This document shows positions 54,934 through 63,661 of a stretch of DNA of 64,000 nucleotides, piece by piece (the stretch's first letter is position 1; each line of letters opens with the position of its first letter). The notes beneath the pieces are model-generated. The model did not search any database, had not been told where the DNA came from, and was given only the letters and a program-made list of their open reading frames with translations. Location of the stretch: positions 5,203-69,202 of IMG/VR virus record IMGVR_UViG_3300037010_002425. One strand, written 5' to 3'. This DNA is from a virus. Made by a program: the position numbers and the translations under genes.

Positions 54934-55659
54934 TTAAAGGATTAGAAGAGACTGTGCGGGAAGCTCATAGCTCCATTCCGCGGTTTCGTCGCTGTAAGCT
55001 TCGACGTTGTAGGTGATTGCTAGGGCAAACTCGCGATCAACATACCCGGTAAGGGCCGCCTCTCGCGAGTCGAGGTCTTGTGTGTCGGTGTGAAGCATAT
55101 CCCACGTACGAATTGTGCCGTCCGCCATCCGCACGCGAATGAAGCTCCGCGGGGGAAACGCGCGATACACGTAGTTTTGCAGGAAAGAGCGAAACCCGAC
55201 GTCCTTCGCATAGGCGCGGATTTCGACGGAAACGTCGTAGGGGCGTTCCATCGTCCGGCGGCGTAGAAGCGCCGGAACAAGCAACGTGTCCCCGTCGTCG
55301 AAAACAATCTCCCGGCGAGGGCCCACCTCCTCGACGTAGTGCTCCGAGGTCACGGTGCTGGAAACCGGGACAGCTTCCGTGTAGCGCGGTTTCGCCGGCC
55401 CGAGGTTGAAGGTAATCGACGGGTAGGCGCGGTCCGTTAGGTTGCCGTCGATTCCGAACGGATGAATGGACACCTGGACGCGGGCGGCAGCTTGGCCCGG
55501 CTGTCGGATGTTGGCCTCGAAAGTGCTCTTCTTAATGGGAGCAACGCGACCCTGCTGACCACTTTCGAAGTCGTTAATCCGCGGCAACGGCGGGACGTAG
55601 TCAGGCCCGCGCCCTTCAAGTCGAGCCCGCACCGATTCAGAGAGAGCCAGCGATAGCAT
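54934..55659 (-). CDS. Putative tail terminator/completion protein
   Basis: Directly upstream of the sheath; YPSIT and PYD motifs. Confidence 0.55.
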   Translation of the reverse strand: MLSLALSESVRARLEGRGPDYVPPLPRINDFESGQQGRVAPIKKSTFEANIRQPGQAAARVQVSIHPFGIDGNLTDRAYPSITFNLGPAKPRYTEAVPVSSTVTSEHYVEEVGPRREIVFDDGDTLLVPALLRRRTMERPYDVSVEIRAYAKDVGFRSFLQNYVYRAFPPRSFIRVRMADGTIRTWDMLHTDTQDLDSREAALTGYVDREFALAITYNVEAYSDETAEWSYELPAQSLLIL

Positions 55660-56083
55660 CTTCAATCTCCTTGCCTACGGCCCCAGCTTCGCGCTCCAAA
55701 AACAGGGCCGTAGGCCGCTGGTGGGGCCGGGCCGGGATGTCACCAGCTCCGTATTCGAGAAGGTCGCCGAGGGCTTCGTTAGTGAGGCCGTCGCCGTGGG
55801 ACCCGGTAGGGCCGATGCCGAGTGTCCGCCCGTCCACGGTAGACCGCCAGCTCTTGAGGTAGCGGCCAGTTCTAACGAGAGTCGGCTTTCCGTCTGGCCG
55901 GCGCTTAGGCACCAGCGAGAAGCTTCCGTCGGCAATCGAGCGTTTCAGGAATTCGATAGCCCGCTTCCCGAGCCGCTCTAGTGCCCGCTTTTCCGCCTTG
56001 GCGTAAGAAAGGCGAGCCCGCCGGATGCCGGCGAGCCCTTCTGCGAAACCGGTAAAATGCATTTTAATCAAGTGAACCTCCAC
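55637..56083 (-). CDS. Neck / virion morphogenesis protein
   Basis: KPTLVRTGRY, LLEYG...IPARPH.RP. Confidence 0.75.
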   Translation of the reverse strand: MEVHLIKMHFTGFAEGLAGIRRARLSYAKAEKRALERLGKRAIEFLKRSIADGSFSLVPKRRPDGKPTLVRTGRYLKSWRSTVDGRTLGIGPTGSHGDGLTNEALGDLLEYGAGDIPARPHQRPTALFLEREAGAVGKEIEDAIAGSL

Positions 56084-57489
56084 GCATCGGCGAACACGTC
56101 CGCGAGCCCGGAAGGCGACAATAGCGCAATGTCGGCCGTTCGCCCGCGAAGGTCTGGATTAGCGAAAACCGGGGTTGTGAGCGTGAGCAGGCTGCTGGTC
56201 AGAGAGACGACGGGCATCTCTTTCCCGTAGAGCGTCGCTCGGGTGCCGGGCACGAAGTACCCGGAAATCGCCACAGTGTCTCCGCCCTCGATTCCGCCCA
56301 CACGCAGCGACAACGAGGAAAAGTCGATGTCGCGATTATTGCCGAGCCGAAGAAACCTCGAACGAAACGGCAGCGTGTGGATTCTGACAACGTTCGAGGG
56401 CACAACCTCGCGGTTAGAGTCCATGAGGTACAGGCGGTAGAAGTAGTCGGTGTCCGGCTCGACGGGCTTTCCGCTCCCGTCGTAGAGAATGCCATCGGTG
56501 AACGCGCAGTAGGCAACGCGGCGGTCGTACATCGCGCCGAAAACCTGAAGGCTGGTCCCCGGCTGGTTCGGCATCGCGCCAGGCAGGTAGCCCGCGGCGA
56601 GCATCCCAGTCGAGTTGCGCTCTACCCGGGGCTGCGTGTCTCGCCAAAGCTCGTAACGCGCGAAGCCCTCGTCTCGGAATTCCGAGCTGCGAAGGCGCAC
56701 CAGCGTGTCCTCGACGTCCCCCTGATTCGGCTCCAGCAAGGTCGGCGGGGTCGGCGGAGTGTTTCGACGCATCGGCGCCACGAGCCCGAACCGCAGGCTT
56801 CGCCGCGTGAGAGAGCCAACGATGATGTCGCCTGTCCCGATATTCTGCTCGTCCGCTTTCGCTACCGGGACGAAACGCGCGTTGCTTTTCCGCTCCGCCT
56901 CGTAGCGGGCATCCTGGTCCTGGGCGAGCTTCAGCAGGGTGTCGGCGTCGTCCCCCATACCCTTTCGCCGGCCGGCATCGGCCGCCAGGGCACGGAAACA
57001 GGCCGCCTGGGCCTTCATGAGCACGTAGGGGTGTTCGTGAGGGGGAACCGTCGAAACGCTCGCGTAGTTCGGATTGTGTAGCGCAATGGCCTGTTCGAGG
57101 ATGACTTCGAGTTCGCCGTCGCTCCAGACACGGTGCTTGAGGGTAATGGCATCCTTCGCGTCGCTAGATCCGTCTAGCTGCAGGTCCACCGCAGGGTGCT
57201 CATTGCGGATGTTCGGGTCGGGAATGAGGGCCCAGCCACGCAGTTTAGCGATGGCGTTGATGACGCGCCCCACAGTCGAGTACCGAGGCTCCTGCAGATT
57301 AAAGCGGAACGCTTCCACGGTTCCCTGCCCGCGGACGACGGATGCCGACAGGCTGCCGTTGCTAATCTCCAGAAAAGCCGATTGGCACTCTCCCGTCGCT
57401 GTAAGCGAGAATGCTGCGACGTTCGCCCGGTCGTCTGCCAAGGCAGCTCGCAACCGAGCCAATAGAGTCTTTTTCGCGCTTCCAGCCAT
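56068..57489 (-). CDS. Head-tail adaptor-like protein with FN3 and IPT/TIG-like C-terminal domains
   Basis: WSDGEL...L..A connector-like core; EPDTDYFYRLY; GGIEGGDTVAISG. Confidence 0.55.
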   Translation of the reverse strand: MAGSAKKTLLARLRAALADDRANVAAFSLTATGECQSAFLEISNGSLSASVVRGQGTVEAFRFNLQEPRYSTVGRVINAIAKLRGWALIPDPNIRNEHPAVDLQLDGSSDAKDAITLKHRVWSDGELEVILEQAIALHNPNYASVSTVPPHEHPYVLMKAQAACFRALAADAGRRKGMGDDADTLLKLAQDQDARYEAERKSNARFVPVAKADEQNIGTGDIIVGSLTRRSLRFGLVAPMRRNTPPTPPTLLEPNQGDVEDTLVRLRSSEFRDEGFARYELWRDTQPRVERNSTGMLAAGYLPGAMPNQPGTSLQVFGAMYDRRVAYCAFTDGILYDGSGKPVEPDTDYFYRLYLMDSNREVVPSNVVRIHTLPFRSRFLRLGNNRDIDFSSLSLRVGGIEGGDTVAISGYFVPGTRATLYGKEMPVVSLTSSLLTLTTPVFANPDLRGRTADIALLSPSGLADVFADAWRFT

Positions 57490-57515
57490 GGTCTTGTCTC
57501 CTAACTCTTACAGAC

Positions 57516-57549
57516 AGAAGGGCCCCCGTTTGCGTCGGGGGCCCTTTCT
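57516..57549. terminator. Strong hairpin after the capsid operon, probable terminator
   Basis: AAGGGCCCCCG-TTTGCGT-CGGGGGCCCTT. Confidence 0.65.
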
Positions 57550-57551
57550 AT

Positions 57552-57833
57552 TCAGCCTACGATGCTGATCCAGCCGTTCTGCGCCAGCGTTTCCGCGTGA
57601 CTCGGGTCCATCAGAATCTCCGCGCCCTTTCGAGCCTTGTAGATTCGGTAGCCCATCGAGGCGTCGAGGTCCTTCAGGAGGAAAACGGTCACCTCCTGAG
57701 TGGCCTCCTTCTGTGCCGGGGGAGCAGCGGGGACTTCCTTTTCGGCGGCCTCCGCTTCGGCGATTGCGGCTTCGGTGGCGATCTCTTCGGGGGTCTTCGC
57801 CGCTGCGGGAGCGGCAGTTTTGGTAGCAGCCAT
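57552..57833 (-). CDS. Small head-associated protein
   Basis: GGAGG ribosome binding site; ends HAETLAQNGWI. Confidence 0.6.
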   Translation of the reverse strand: MAATKTAAPAAAKTPEEIATEAAIAEAEAAEKEVPAAPPAQKEATQEVTVFLLKDLDASMGYRIYKARKGAEILMDPSHAETLAQNGWISIVG

Positions 57834-57850
57834 GTTCCAGTCCTCCAGTG

Positions 57851-58237
57851 TCAGGCCGCGCCGGCAGCGGTGAGGTAGGGGGCCGCGTTATTGACCGGAG
57901 CCGCCGCAGAGAGCGCGACGAAGAGGATGGCGACGACGTCACCAATGGCGTAGCCGCCGGCGCCGACGGTGACGCGGGCATAGCCCTTCGCGGTGACTTC
58001 GACGCTCGTGATGGCAATCGGCTTGATCGTGCGGACGCCGGCCGAGGCCGGGCCGACAACCTGCGCGACAAAGGGCACGAGGTTGGGATTGGCGTCGAGC
58101 TTGACGCCGGTGTCGAGCTTGATGTCGAGGGTATCGGTGGCCGCGAGGGCTGCCGTCACCACGTGCTCGACGAGAATCATGTTGCCTTCGGTGACGCCGG
58201 GATGCGTGTGCCGACCAGTAGTGTTGAACGCTGCCAT
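57851..58237 (-). CDS. Putative capsid decoration protein
   Basis: Small beta-rich ORF directly after the major capsid gene; AGGAG ribosome binding site. Confidence 0.6.
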   Translation of the reverse strand: MAAFNTTGRHTHPGVTEGNMILVEHVVTAALAATDTLDIKLDTGVKLDANPNLVPFVAQVVGPASAGVRTIKPIAITSVEVTAKGYARVTVGAGGYAIGDVVAILFVALSAAAPVNNAAPYLTAAGAA

Positions 58238-58301
58238 GTTCGTAGCTCCTCAGAAGAGTGTTGCGATTAGAGAGAACCGAGCACGCGGTGGGACGCGTTA
58301 T

Positions 58302-59333
58302 TCAGGCAGTTTCAAGGGCGAGGATGTGCTTCGTCTCAAGAAGGCCCGAGCCCCAGATCGAGTACCAGGCGAGGGCGTGCTCACGGCCGAAGTCCTGCAC
58401 GCCGTTGTCGCGCATCTCGACGGGAAGGCCGACGGCGTGGCCGTAGCTGTACTCGCCGAAGAACAGCGCGACGTAGATCGGAATCGAGTTCGTGCCGCCA
58501 AAGGTGGCCGTCGCGAGGTTGATGTCGAACGCCGGGTCGACGTAGTCACCCGTATCCGAATCGAGAGCGCCGTTAGCGCCGTTCTTCGCCATCGACGTCG
58601 AGATGAAGCGAACGTCGTTCCAGCGACCGACTTCGCCGGTAAAGATCGGGGTCGAGCCAACGTAGTATTGCGCGTTGGTCCAGCCGGCCGACTTTCGCAT
58701 CTGCGTGAGCTGGTGGGGGTGGCAGACGCAGAGATAGAAGTCGCCATCCCACTTCGGGGCGTTCGACGTTTCGAGCGCTTCGGTGGCAGCGTAGATTTCC
58801 GTCGTGGTGAGGCCGTCACCCGCGACGAGGGCCGCGCGGTTAGCACGCCCGTTGGCGTACTGGCGTTGCGTGGTCGCCGAAGCGACGTCGCGGAGCTGTT
58901 GATCGAGGACGACGGCCATATCGCGGCCGAGAAGCATCGAGGCGGCCGCAAGCTGGTCGAAGAACGACTGCTGAATGAGGCGCTCCGAGACGGCGACGGC
59001 GTTGCCGTACTCGTCCACGGTGAGCGACGAGGTGCTCATGCTCATCGCCTTCGTCTCGATGCGCTTGCCCTCCTGGAGCTTCCCACCGCGCTTCAAGCCG
59101 CCCATCTTCGGCATGATGATGTTCGAGCCCGGCTGCGTTCCCAGCTCGGTCTTGCGCACGGCAAACTGCTCGAAACGCAGGTTCGGGAGCGCCGAAAAGT
59201 AAATCTCGGCACTGTAGACGTCGCGAATGGCAGAAAGCAGCGGGGCAAAGCCGGCTGCCGACGCCGCCGCAGTCGTCATGACCGACGAGTGCGTGGTGAG
59301 GATGCGATTGAACGTGCTGATCTGCTTCTTCAT
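58302..59333 (-). CDS. Major capsid protein (N4-gp56-like, HK97 fold)
   Basis: P.LRFEQFA..KTELG..PG, EYGNAVAVSE, HPHQ, GEVGR...VRFI, DFGREH.LAWY.IWG. Confidence 0.92.
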   Translation of the reverse strand: MKKQISTFNRILTTHSSVMTTAAASAAGFAPLLSAIRDVYSAEIYFSALPNLRFEQFAVRKTELGTQPGSNIIMPKMGGLKRGGKLQEGKRIETKAMSMSTSSLTVDEYGNAVAVSERLIQQSFFDQLAAASMLLGRDMAVVLDQQLRDVASATTQRQYANGRANRAALVAGDGLTTTEIYAATEALETSNAPKWDGDFYLCVCHPHQLTQMRKSAGWTNAQYYVGSTPIFTGEVGRWNDVRFISTSMAKNGANGALDSDTGDYVDPAFDINLATATFGGTNSIPIYVALFFGEYSYGHAVGLPVEMRDNGVQDFGREHALAWYSIWGSGLLETKHILALETA

Positions 59334-59347
59334 TAGAGAGTCTCCTA

Positions 59348-60406
59348 TTACTGATTGTTCTGAGAGTATCGGCCGCCGCGCGCAGCGGACGCGGCGCGGA
59401 ACGCGTTAGCCGCGTCCGCCACCGAGATGAATGCGCCGGGAATGGTCGGATGCGGAATGGTGCCCGGTGCTTGCACGTTGAGAGGAACCGCCGGCGGAGC
59501 GCCGACAGGCGCCGTCTGCTGCGTTGCCCCGAGCATCTGCGTGGGAAGCTGCGTGGCGACGCCAGGGTTGGGCATCGGTGCAACAACCTGCTGCGGATTG
59601 CCCTGCTGGCGATTAACGCCGAGTTGCCGTTGCGGGCCGGGCGGCGTGTTTCGCACCTGCGGCGCCTTCGATGCCCCAAGCGAGGCGAAGATGGCTTCGC
59701 GGTGCGCGTTGTAGTCGCCGCGACGAATGGCCTCGGGATCGAGCGCCAGGCGAAGCACGTCGGTCAAGCCTGCCATGCCCGGCGCACCGTCCGTCACGGG
59801 GACGGCGGGAGCAGTAATCACGGAAGGGAGTGAGACGTTCGGAAGGGCCGCCGGCTGCATCGTCTCCACAGACGGAGCAACCGGGGCAGGTTCCGCAGCG
59901 ACAGGGGCAGCAGCAACAACAGGCACAACAGGGGCAGCGGCCACGGGCGCGGGAGGCGCCGGCTGGTAGCGCTTCCACACTTCGTGAGCGTTGTTCACCG
60001 AGGCGTTAATCTCCTCGGGGCTGTTCCCGCCGATAAGCTCCTCGACGATGCCGAGCCCGCTAGAGCGAGCCTGGTTAATGACGTTGGAGCGGTGCATAGA
60101 AAGCACCTGCTGGCGGAGGGCTTCCACCTCGGCGTTGCTAGCCGCCGGTGCGGGAGCTGCGGCAGCTGGTGCCGGGGCCGGTGCCGCCGGCGGAGCAACA
60201 ACTTCCCGCGCACCCTGCGCCGCGCCAAGGGCGAAGTTCAGGATGGCGGGAAGTGCTGCCGTCGGGACGTGGTCCGCGATATTGAGCCCCTGGGCGAGGG
60301 TTGAAACCGGTGCAGCGGGCGCGGGCTGTGCAGCCTGTGCCTGGGCGGCGGGGGTTTCCCCTTCATGCGTCCGCAGGATGTTGTGAAAGACTCGTTGCTT
60401 TTTCAT
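59348..60406 (-). CDS. Capsid scaffolding protein
   Basis: Pro/Ala-rich; ELIGGNSPEEINASV motif; upstream of the capsid gene. Confidence 0.75.
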   Translation of the reverse strand: MKKQRVFHNILRTHEGETPAAQAQAAQPAPAAPVSTLAQGLNIADHVPTAALPAILNFALGAAQGAREVVAPPAAPAPAPAAAAPAPAASNAEVEALRQQVLSMHRSNVINQARSSGLGIVEELIGGNSPEEINASVNNAHEVWKRYQPAPPAPVAAAPVVPVVAAAPVAAEPAPVAPSVETMQPAALPNVSLPSVITAPAVPVTDGAPGMAGLTDVLRLALDPEAIRRGDYNAHREAIFASLGASKAPQVRNTPPGPQRQLGVNRQQGNPQQVVAPMPNPGVATQLPTQMLGATQQTAPVGAPPAVPLNVQAPGTIPHPTIPGAFISVADAANAFRAASAARGGRYSQNNQ

Positions 60407-60436
60407 TGTGGGTTTCCTTCGCTTTCGGGGCTCTAA

Positions 60437-60679
60437 TCAGATCTTACCGGTGTTCCGAACGCCGTTGCCGACGGTCGGAAGCGTGCCGGTATTCGCCTGC
60501 GGGTGCTCGACGCTGTTGTTGCGGCGAATCGAGAGATTCTCGCGTTCAACGAGCACGCCCGCGTAGGTCGAACCGAGCCCAAAGCGGGTGTCGCCCTGCT
60601 GGGAAGAGCCGCCAGCCGCGCCCGACCCGTTGCCAGTCTTCGTAACTTCTTTGACCATTCCGCCGCGATTTCCTGCCAT
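60437..60679 (-). CDS. Small Gly-rich head-region protein
   Basis: AGGAG before MAGNRGG. Confidence 0.55.
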   Translation of the reverse strand: MAGNRGGMVKEVTKTGNGSGAAGGSSQQGDTRFGLGSTYAGVLVERENLSIRRNNSVEHPQANTGTLPTVGNGVRNTGKI

Positions 60680-60742
60680 GACTAATCTCCTTTTTGAGAG
60701 GTGTAACCGGCCGATAGCCTGTTTGGCCTCGGCCCACAACGT

Positions 60743-61519
60743 TTAGGCGCTCGCCCCGTCGTCACCGGGAGCATACGTGTTCCCGCGGCCGGGTCCAGGC
60801 CCGGGAGGCGGAGGTGCGCCGTTGCTGCTTCCGGGGCCGCTAGCGCCGCCAGTCATTCCGGGCGTCTGTCCAACACCTACGGGAGCTTCCGCCGGCTTTC
60901 CGGCGAGCAAGTTCAGGAATGGAATATCGTCGAGAATGCGCTCATCCTCACGCTTCGCGTTAATGTTCTCTTGGAGCTTTTCGCGAATCCAATCGCGAGA
61001 AGACCAGCCCTGCTTTTGGTAAAGCGAGTAGAGGTTCGCTTCCGCCTGTTTGTCCCGCGGGAGGGCGGAGATCGTCCCGACCGAGCTTTCGTAGGGGTCG
61101 GCGTAGACAGGATTATCGCAGCCCGTAGGCACGAGCACCATCATCCCGAGGTGCTCCTCTTTCCACGTCCCGCTAGCCTCGTCGAACTTCAGCTGAACGA
61201 CGTCTAGCTCTTCGGGCTCCTCGGGCACGTCCATGTCGTGCTGCGCGAGCTGCGGAAAGGCGAGCGGTGCGCTCTCAGGGTCGTTAGGGCCGACAACGGC
61301 CTTTAGAGTCGTCGTCGGGCTGTCGGTAGAGGGCTCTTCCCCGCGACCGTAGGCCGTCAGGGCGTCAAGCACGCGGGAGCGCGTAGCGGCGTCTTTCAGC
61401 TGTTCTTTCGCGGCCGAAGCTAGGCCCTCCTGCACGTCTGCGCTGAAGTCTCCCGCCTCGTAGCGTTCCTTCGCTACTTCGAGAATCCCGGTGGCTAGTT
61501 GCTCTTCTGTGAGTGCCAT
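60743..61519 (-). CDS. Portal protein C-terminal fragment
   Basis: ALPRDKQAEAN...GWSSRDWIREKL...EDERILDD matches SPP1-type portal C-termini; TAATG-coupled. Confidence 0.65.
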   Translation of the reverse strand: MALTEEQLATGILEVAKERYEAGDFSADVQEGLASAAKEQLKDAATRSRVLDALTAYGRGEEPSTDSPTTTLKAVVGPNDPESAPLAFPQLAQHDMDVPEEPEELDVVQLKFDEASGTWKEEHLGMMVLVPTGCDNPVYADPYESSVGTISALPRDKQAEANLYSLYQKQGWSSRDWIREKLQENINAKREDERILDDIPFLNLLAGKPAEAPVGVGQTPGMTGGASGPGSSNGAPPPPGPGPGRGNTYAPGDDGASA

Positions 61520-63204
61520 TATTCGGCTCCCTTCTTAGCCGGTTTCGGGAGCACCTTGCCAGCTGGTTTGCCCTCGGGCTTCGGTTCGGGCTTCCCCGCC
61601 TGCTTTACCGCGGCTTGCCGGTCGGCATCGCGGTCTTTCTCCTCGCCAGCTTTTTGCTGCGCTTCTACGTTCTTTTCCTCGGCGTGCTCTTTCTTGGTAT
61701 CCGCCTCTTCCTGCTTGTCGACCTGCGGTGCCGGGTCCCAGTAAGACGGCGACTTCTTTCCCCAGAAGCGCTTTGCCTGGCCCCAGGTCATCTCGCGGGT
61801 TTCCTTGCCGAAAGAGTGCTCTACGACGACCTTAACGGGCACGTCGTCCGGCGAGAGAAGATCGAGAGTAGTGGGATTGACGCGGTAGCAGCGCTTTTTC
61901 AGCTCGGTGCTGCCGTCCACCTTCTTCACCCGGTACGAGATAACGCGCCCGCCGCATTCCGAGCACATGTCGACAGGGAAGCGCTTTCCCGTCATGAGTT
62001 CGTGGATGCGGAGGATGAAGTAGTTAACCTTCTGCAGCCCGACGACGTAGTTAACGGCTTTTCGGGCAGTGGCTTCTACGAGCGGCTGAAACTGCACCTC
62101 AAGTGCCGCCGCCGAAGTGTTGCTAATGGCCTGCAGCCGGCCAAGGCTGCCTTCCGGGAGGCCCGACACGTCGAAGAGAACTTGGCGCACGAGTTCGAGG
62201 TACTTGTGCGCCGCGCCCTGGTCGCCGCCCATCTCCAGGTTGAAGATTTTGGCGTTCTCCGGAAGCCCCGACCAAAGGTTCTTCGGGTTCTTCTGCAGGT
62301 TGCGCGCCTTCGCGCCCTGAATAATGGTGATTGGTGCGGCGTGGTAATGCACGACGTCGCTGACGTCGGTCATCTTTTCGTTGAACTCGCGTTGTAGGTC
62401 GATCACGCCGTCGAGGTCTGAAAGCCCGTAGTATTCGCCGGGCACGGCCTCGTTAGCGATATGCACGAGCGGCACCTCGCCGAGCTGGTTTGGTCGGCGT
62501 GAAGCCGCAGCGCCTTCCCAGCCTTCGACAATTTCCTCAGGGCTAATGTACTCGACGTAGCGGCGCTTCCGGATGGTCGACGTCGTCGAATCGGCGCGCG
62601 GCACGACGGCCTGCCCTGCGTTGTCCTGCTGCTGTTGAAGCGGCGAGAACACGGGCACCTCGGTCACAATCTTGACGCCGAGAATGCGCTCAGAGTTCAG
62701 CGGGTCCCATGCCGGAAAGCATTGCTCGCTAGAGAGGAGCCGAATGCGGCAGCGCCCAACAGCGAAAGGGTTCAACCGCCGCTCCAGTTTGGTCGGGGGC
62801 TCGTACGTGGGAACGATGAAAACGTCCCCAGTGATACCGCCCATAATCGCAATCTGGAGCAGCAGTTGCTTCTCTCCATTTTGCTTCCACACCTTCTGCA
62901 GCACGGGCAGCGTCGCGAGCTTGAAAGGCTCCGGAACGTCGAGCGTGATGCCTTTCCCAAGAAGCCAAGTAGCCTTCTTAGAGACGACCGCACGCGCGTA
63001 GTTCGCGACAATGAGGGGCTCGGCGTCTTCCCGCGTGATGGCCCAATGCATCCCGAGGAAGAAGTTCCAGTGCTCCTCATACCGCTTTAGACGGAGGTTC
63101 TCGATGGGGTCGAGGGCCGTCCGCTGCGGGTCTTTGTCGATTCGGCGCTGGTAGGGGACCTGCGTCCCGCTAGTGCCTTGAGTGTGTAGAAGCTGGAGTG
63201 TCAT
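61519..63204 (-). CDS. Portal protein (SPP1 gp6-like), N-terminal main part
   Basis: ANYAR, GGITGDVF, N.LGEVPLVHI.N, GLSD, ISNTS..AL.V.FQPL. Confidence 0.88.
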   Translation of the reverse strand: MTLQLLHTQGTSGTQVPYQRRIDKDPQRTALDPIENLRLKRYEEHWNFFLGMHWAITREDAEPLIVANYARAVVSKKATWLLGKGITLDVPEPFKLATLPVLQKVWKQNGEKQLLLQIAIMGGITGDVFIVPTYEPPTKLERRLNPFAVGRCRIRLLSSEQCFPAWDPLNSERILGVKIVTEVPVFSPLQQQQDNAGQAVVPRADSTTSTIRKRRYVEYISPEEIVEGWEGAAASRRPNQLGEVPLVHIANEAVPGEYYGLSDLDGVIDLQREFNEKMTDVSDVVHYHAAPITIIQGAKARNLQKNPKNLWSGLPENAKIFNLEMGGDQGAAHKYLELVRQVLFDVSGLPEGSLGRLQAISNTSAAALEVQFQPLVEATARKAVNYVVGLQKVNYFILRIHELMTGKRFPVDMCSECGGRVISYRVKKVDGSTELKKRCYRVNPTTLDLLSPDDVPVKVVVEHSFGKETREMTWGQAKRFWGKKSPSYWDPAPQVDKQEEADTKKEHAEEKNVEAQQKAGEEKDRDADRQAAVKQAGKPEPKPEGKPAGKVLPKPAKKGAE

Positions 63205-63283
63205 TAGGGGTCCTTCTTAGAGAGCTTTTCGGCCATGTCTGCGAGTCTAACCGCTTTGAGTACCACGCCCGAGGCGTAGCGTC

Positions 63284-63661
63284 TCAGTCCGTGTCGTGTA
63301 GGGACTTCTGCCGATTCCGGCTCTCCTGTCCCTCCAGGTATCCCTGCAATCGGCCTAGGGCTTTGCTCACTGTTTGCCATTGTACTGCCTCCGCGCTGCG
63401 TTGCTCGTTGTAGGTCTCCCTATCCACGTAGCGGCTGGCCATCGTTTCGAGGCTCTTTTGAATCTCGACGACTACCTCCGCGGTGCGCTTGCTGGTGATC
63501 GAAGCTTCGGAGAGTTCCTTATCGAGCTTCGCCAGCTTGTTTTCGACGTCGGCTAGACGTCCCTGCGTTCGAAGCATCCCGCCAATCCATCCCCCGGCGA
63601 TGGAGATAAGCGGAATGCCTACCTTTTCAATAATCGGGATGATCTCGGTCGCCAGGCTCAT
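63284..63661 (-). CDS. Small membrane-anchored coiled-coil protein
   Basis: N-terminal hydrophobic/Gly helix followed by heptad-like region. Confidence 0.55.
   Translation of the reverse strand: MSLATEIIPIIEKVGIPLISIAGGWIGGMLRTQGRLADVENKLAKLDKELSEASITSKRTAEVVVEIQKSLETMASRYVDRETYNEQRSAEAVQWQTVSKALGRLQGYLEGQESRNRQKSLHDTD

Noticed and set aside
51923-54937. 1004-aa plus-strand ORF and other long plus-strand ORFs (e.g. 35502..37331, 18372..19769, 42306..43727)
   Set aside because: Antisense shadows of clear minus-strand genes in GC-rich DNA; no recognisable motifs
60743-62000. Split intein in the portal
   Set aside because: No intein block motifs and no His-Asn before a Cys/Ser/Thr at the point where portal similarity resumes
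10440-63230. Recurrent CTCTAA(T) in intergenic gaps as a late promoter
   Set aside because: Too short, with inconsistent spacing and strand, to separate from general TAA richness without statistics
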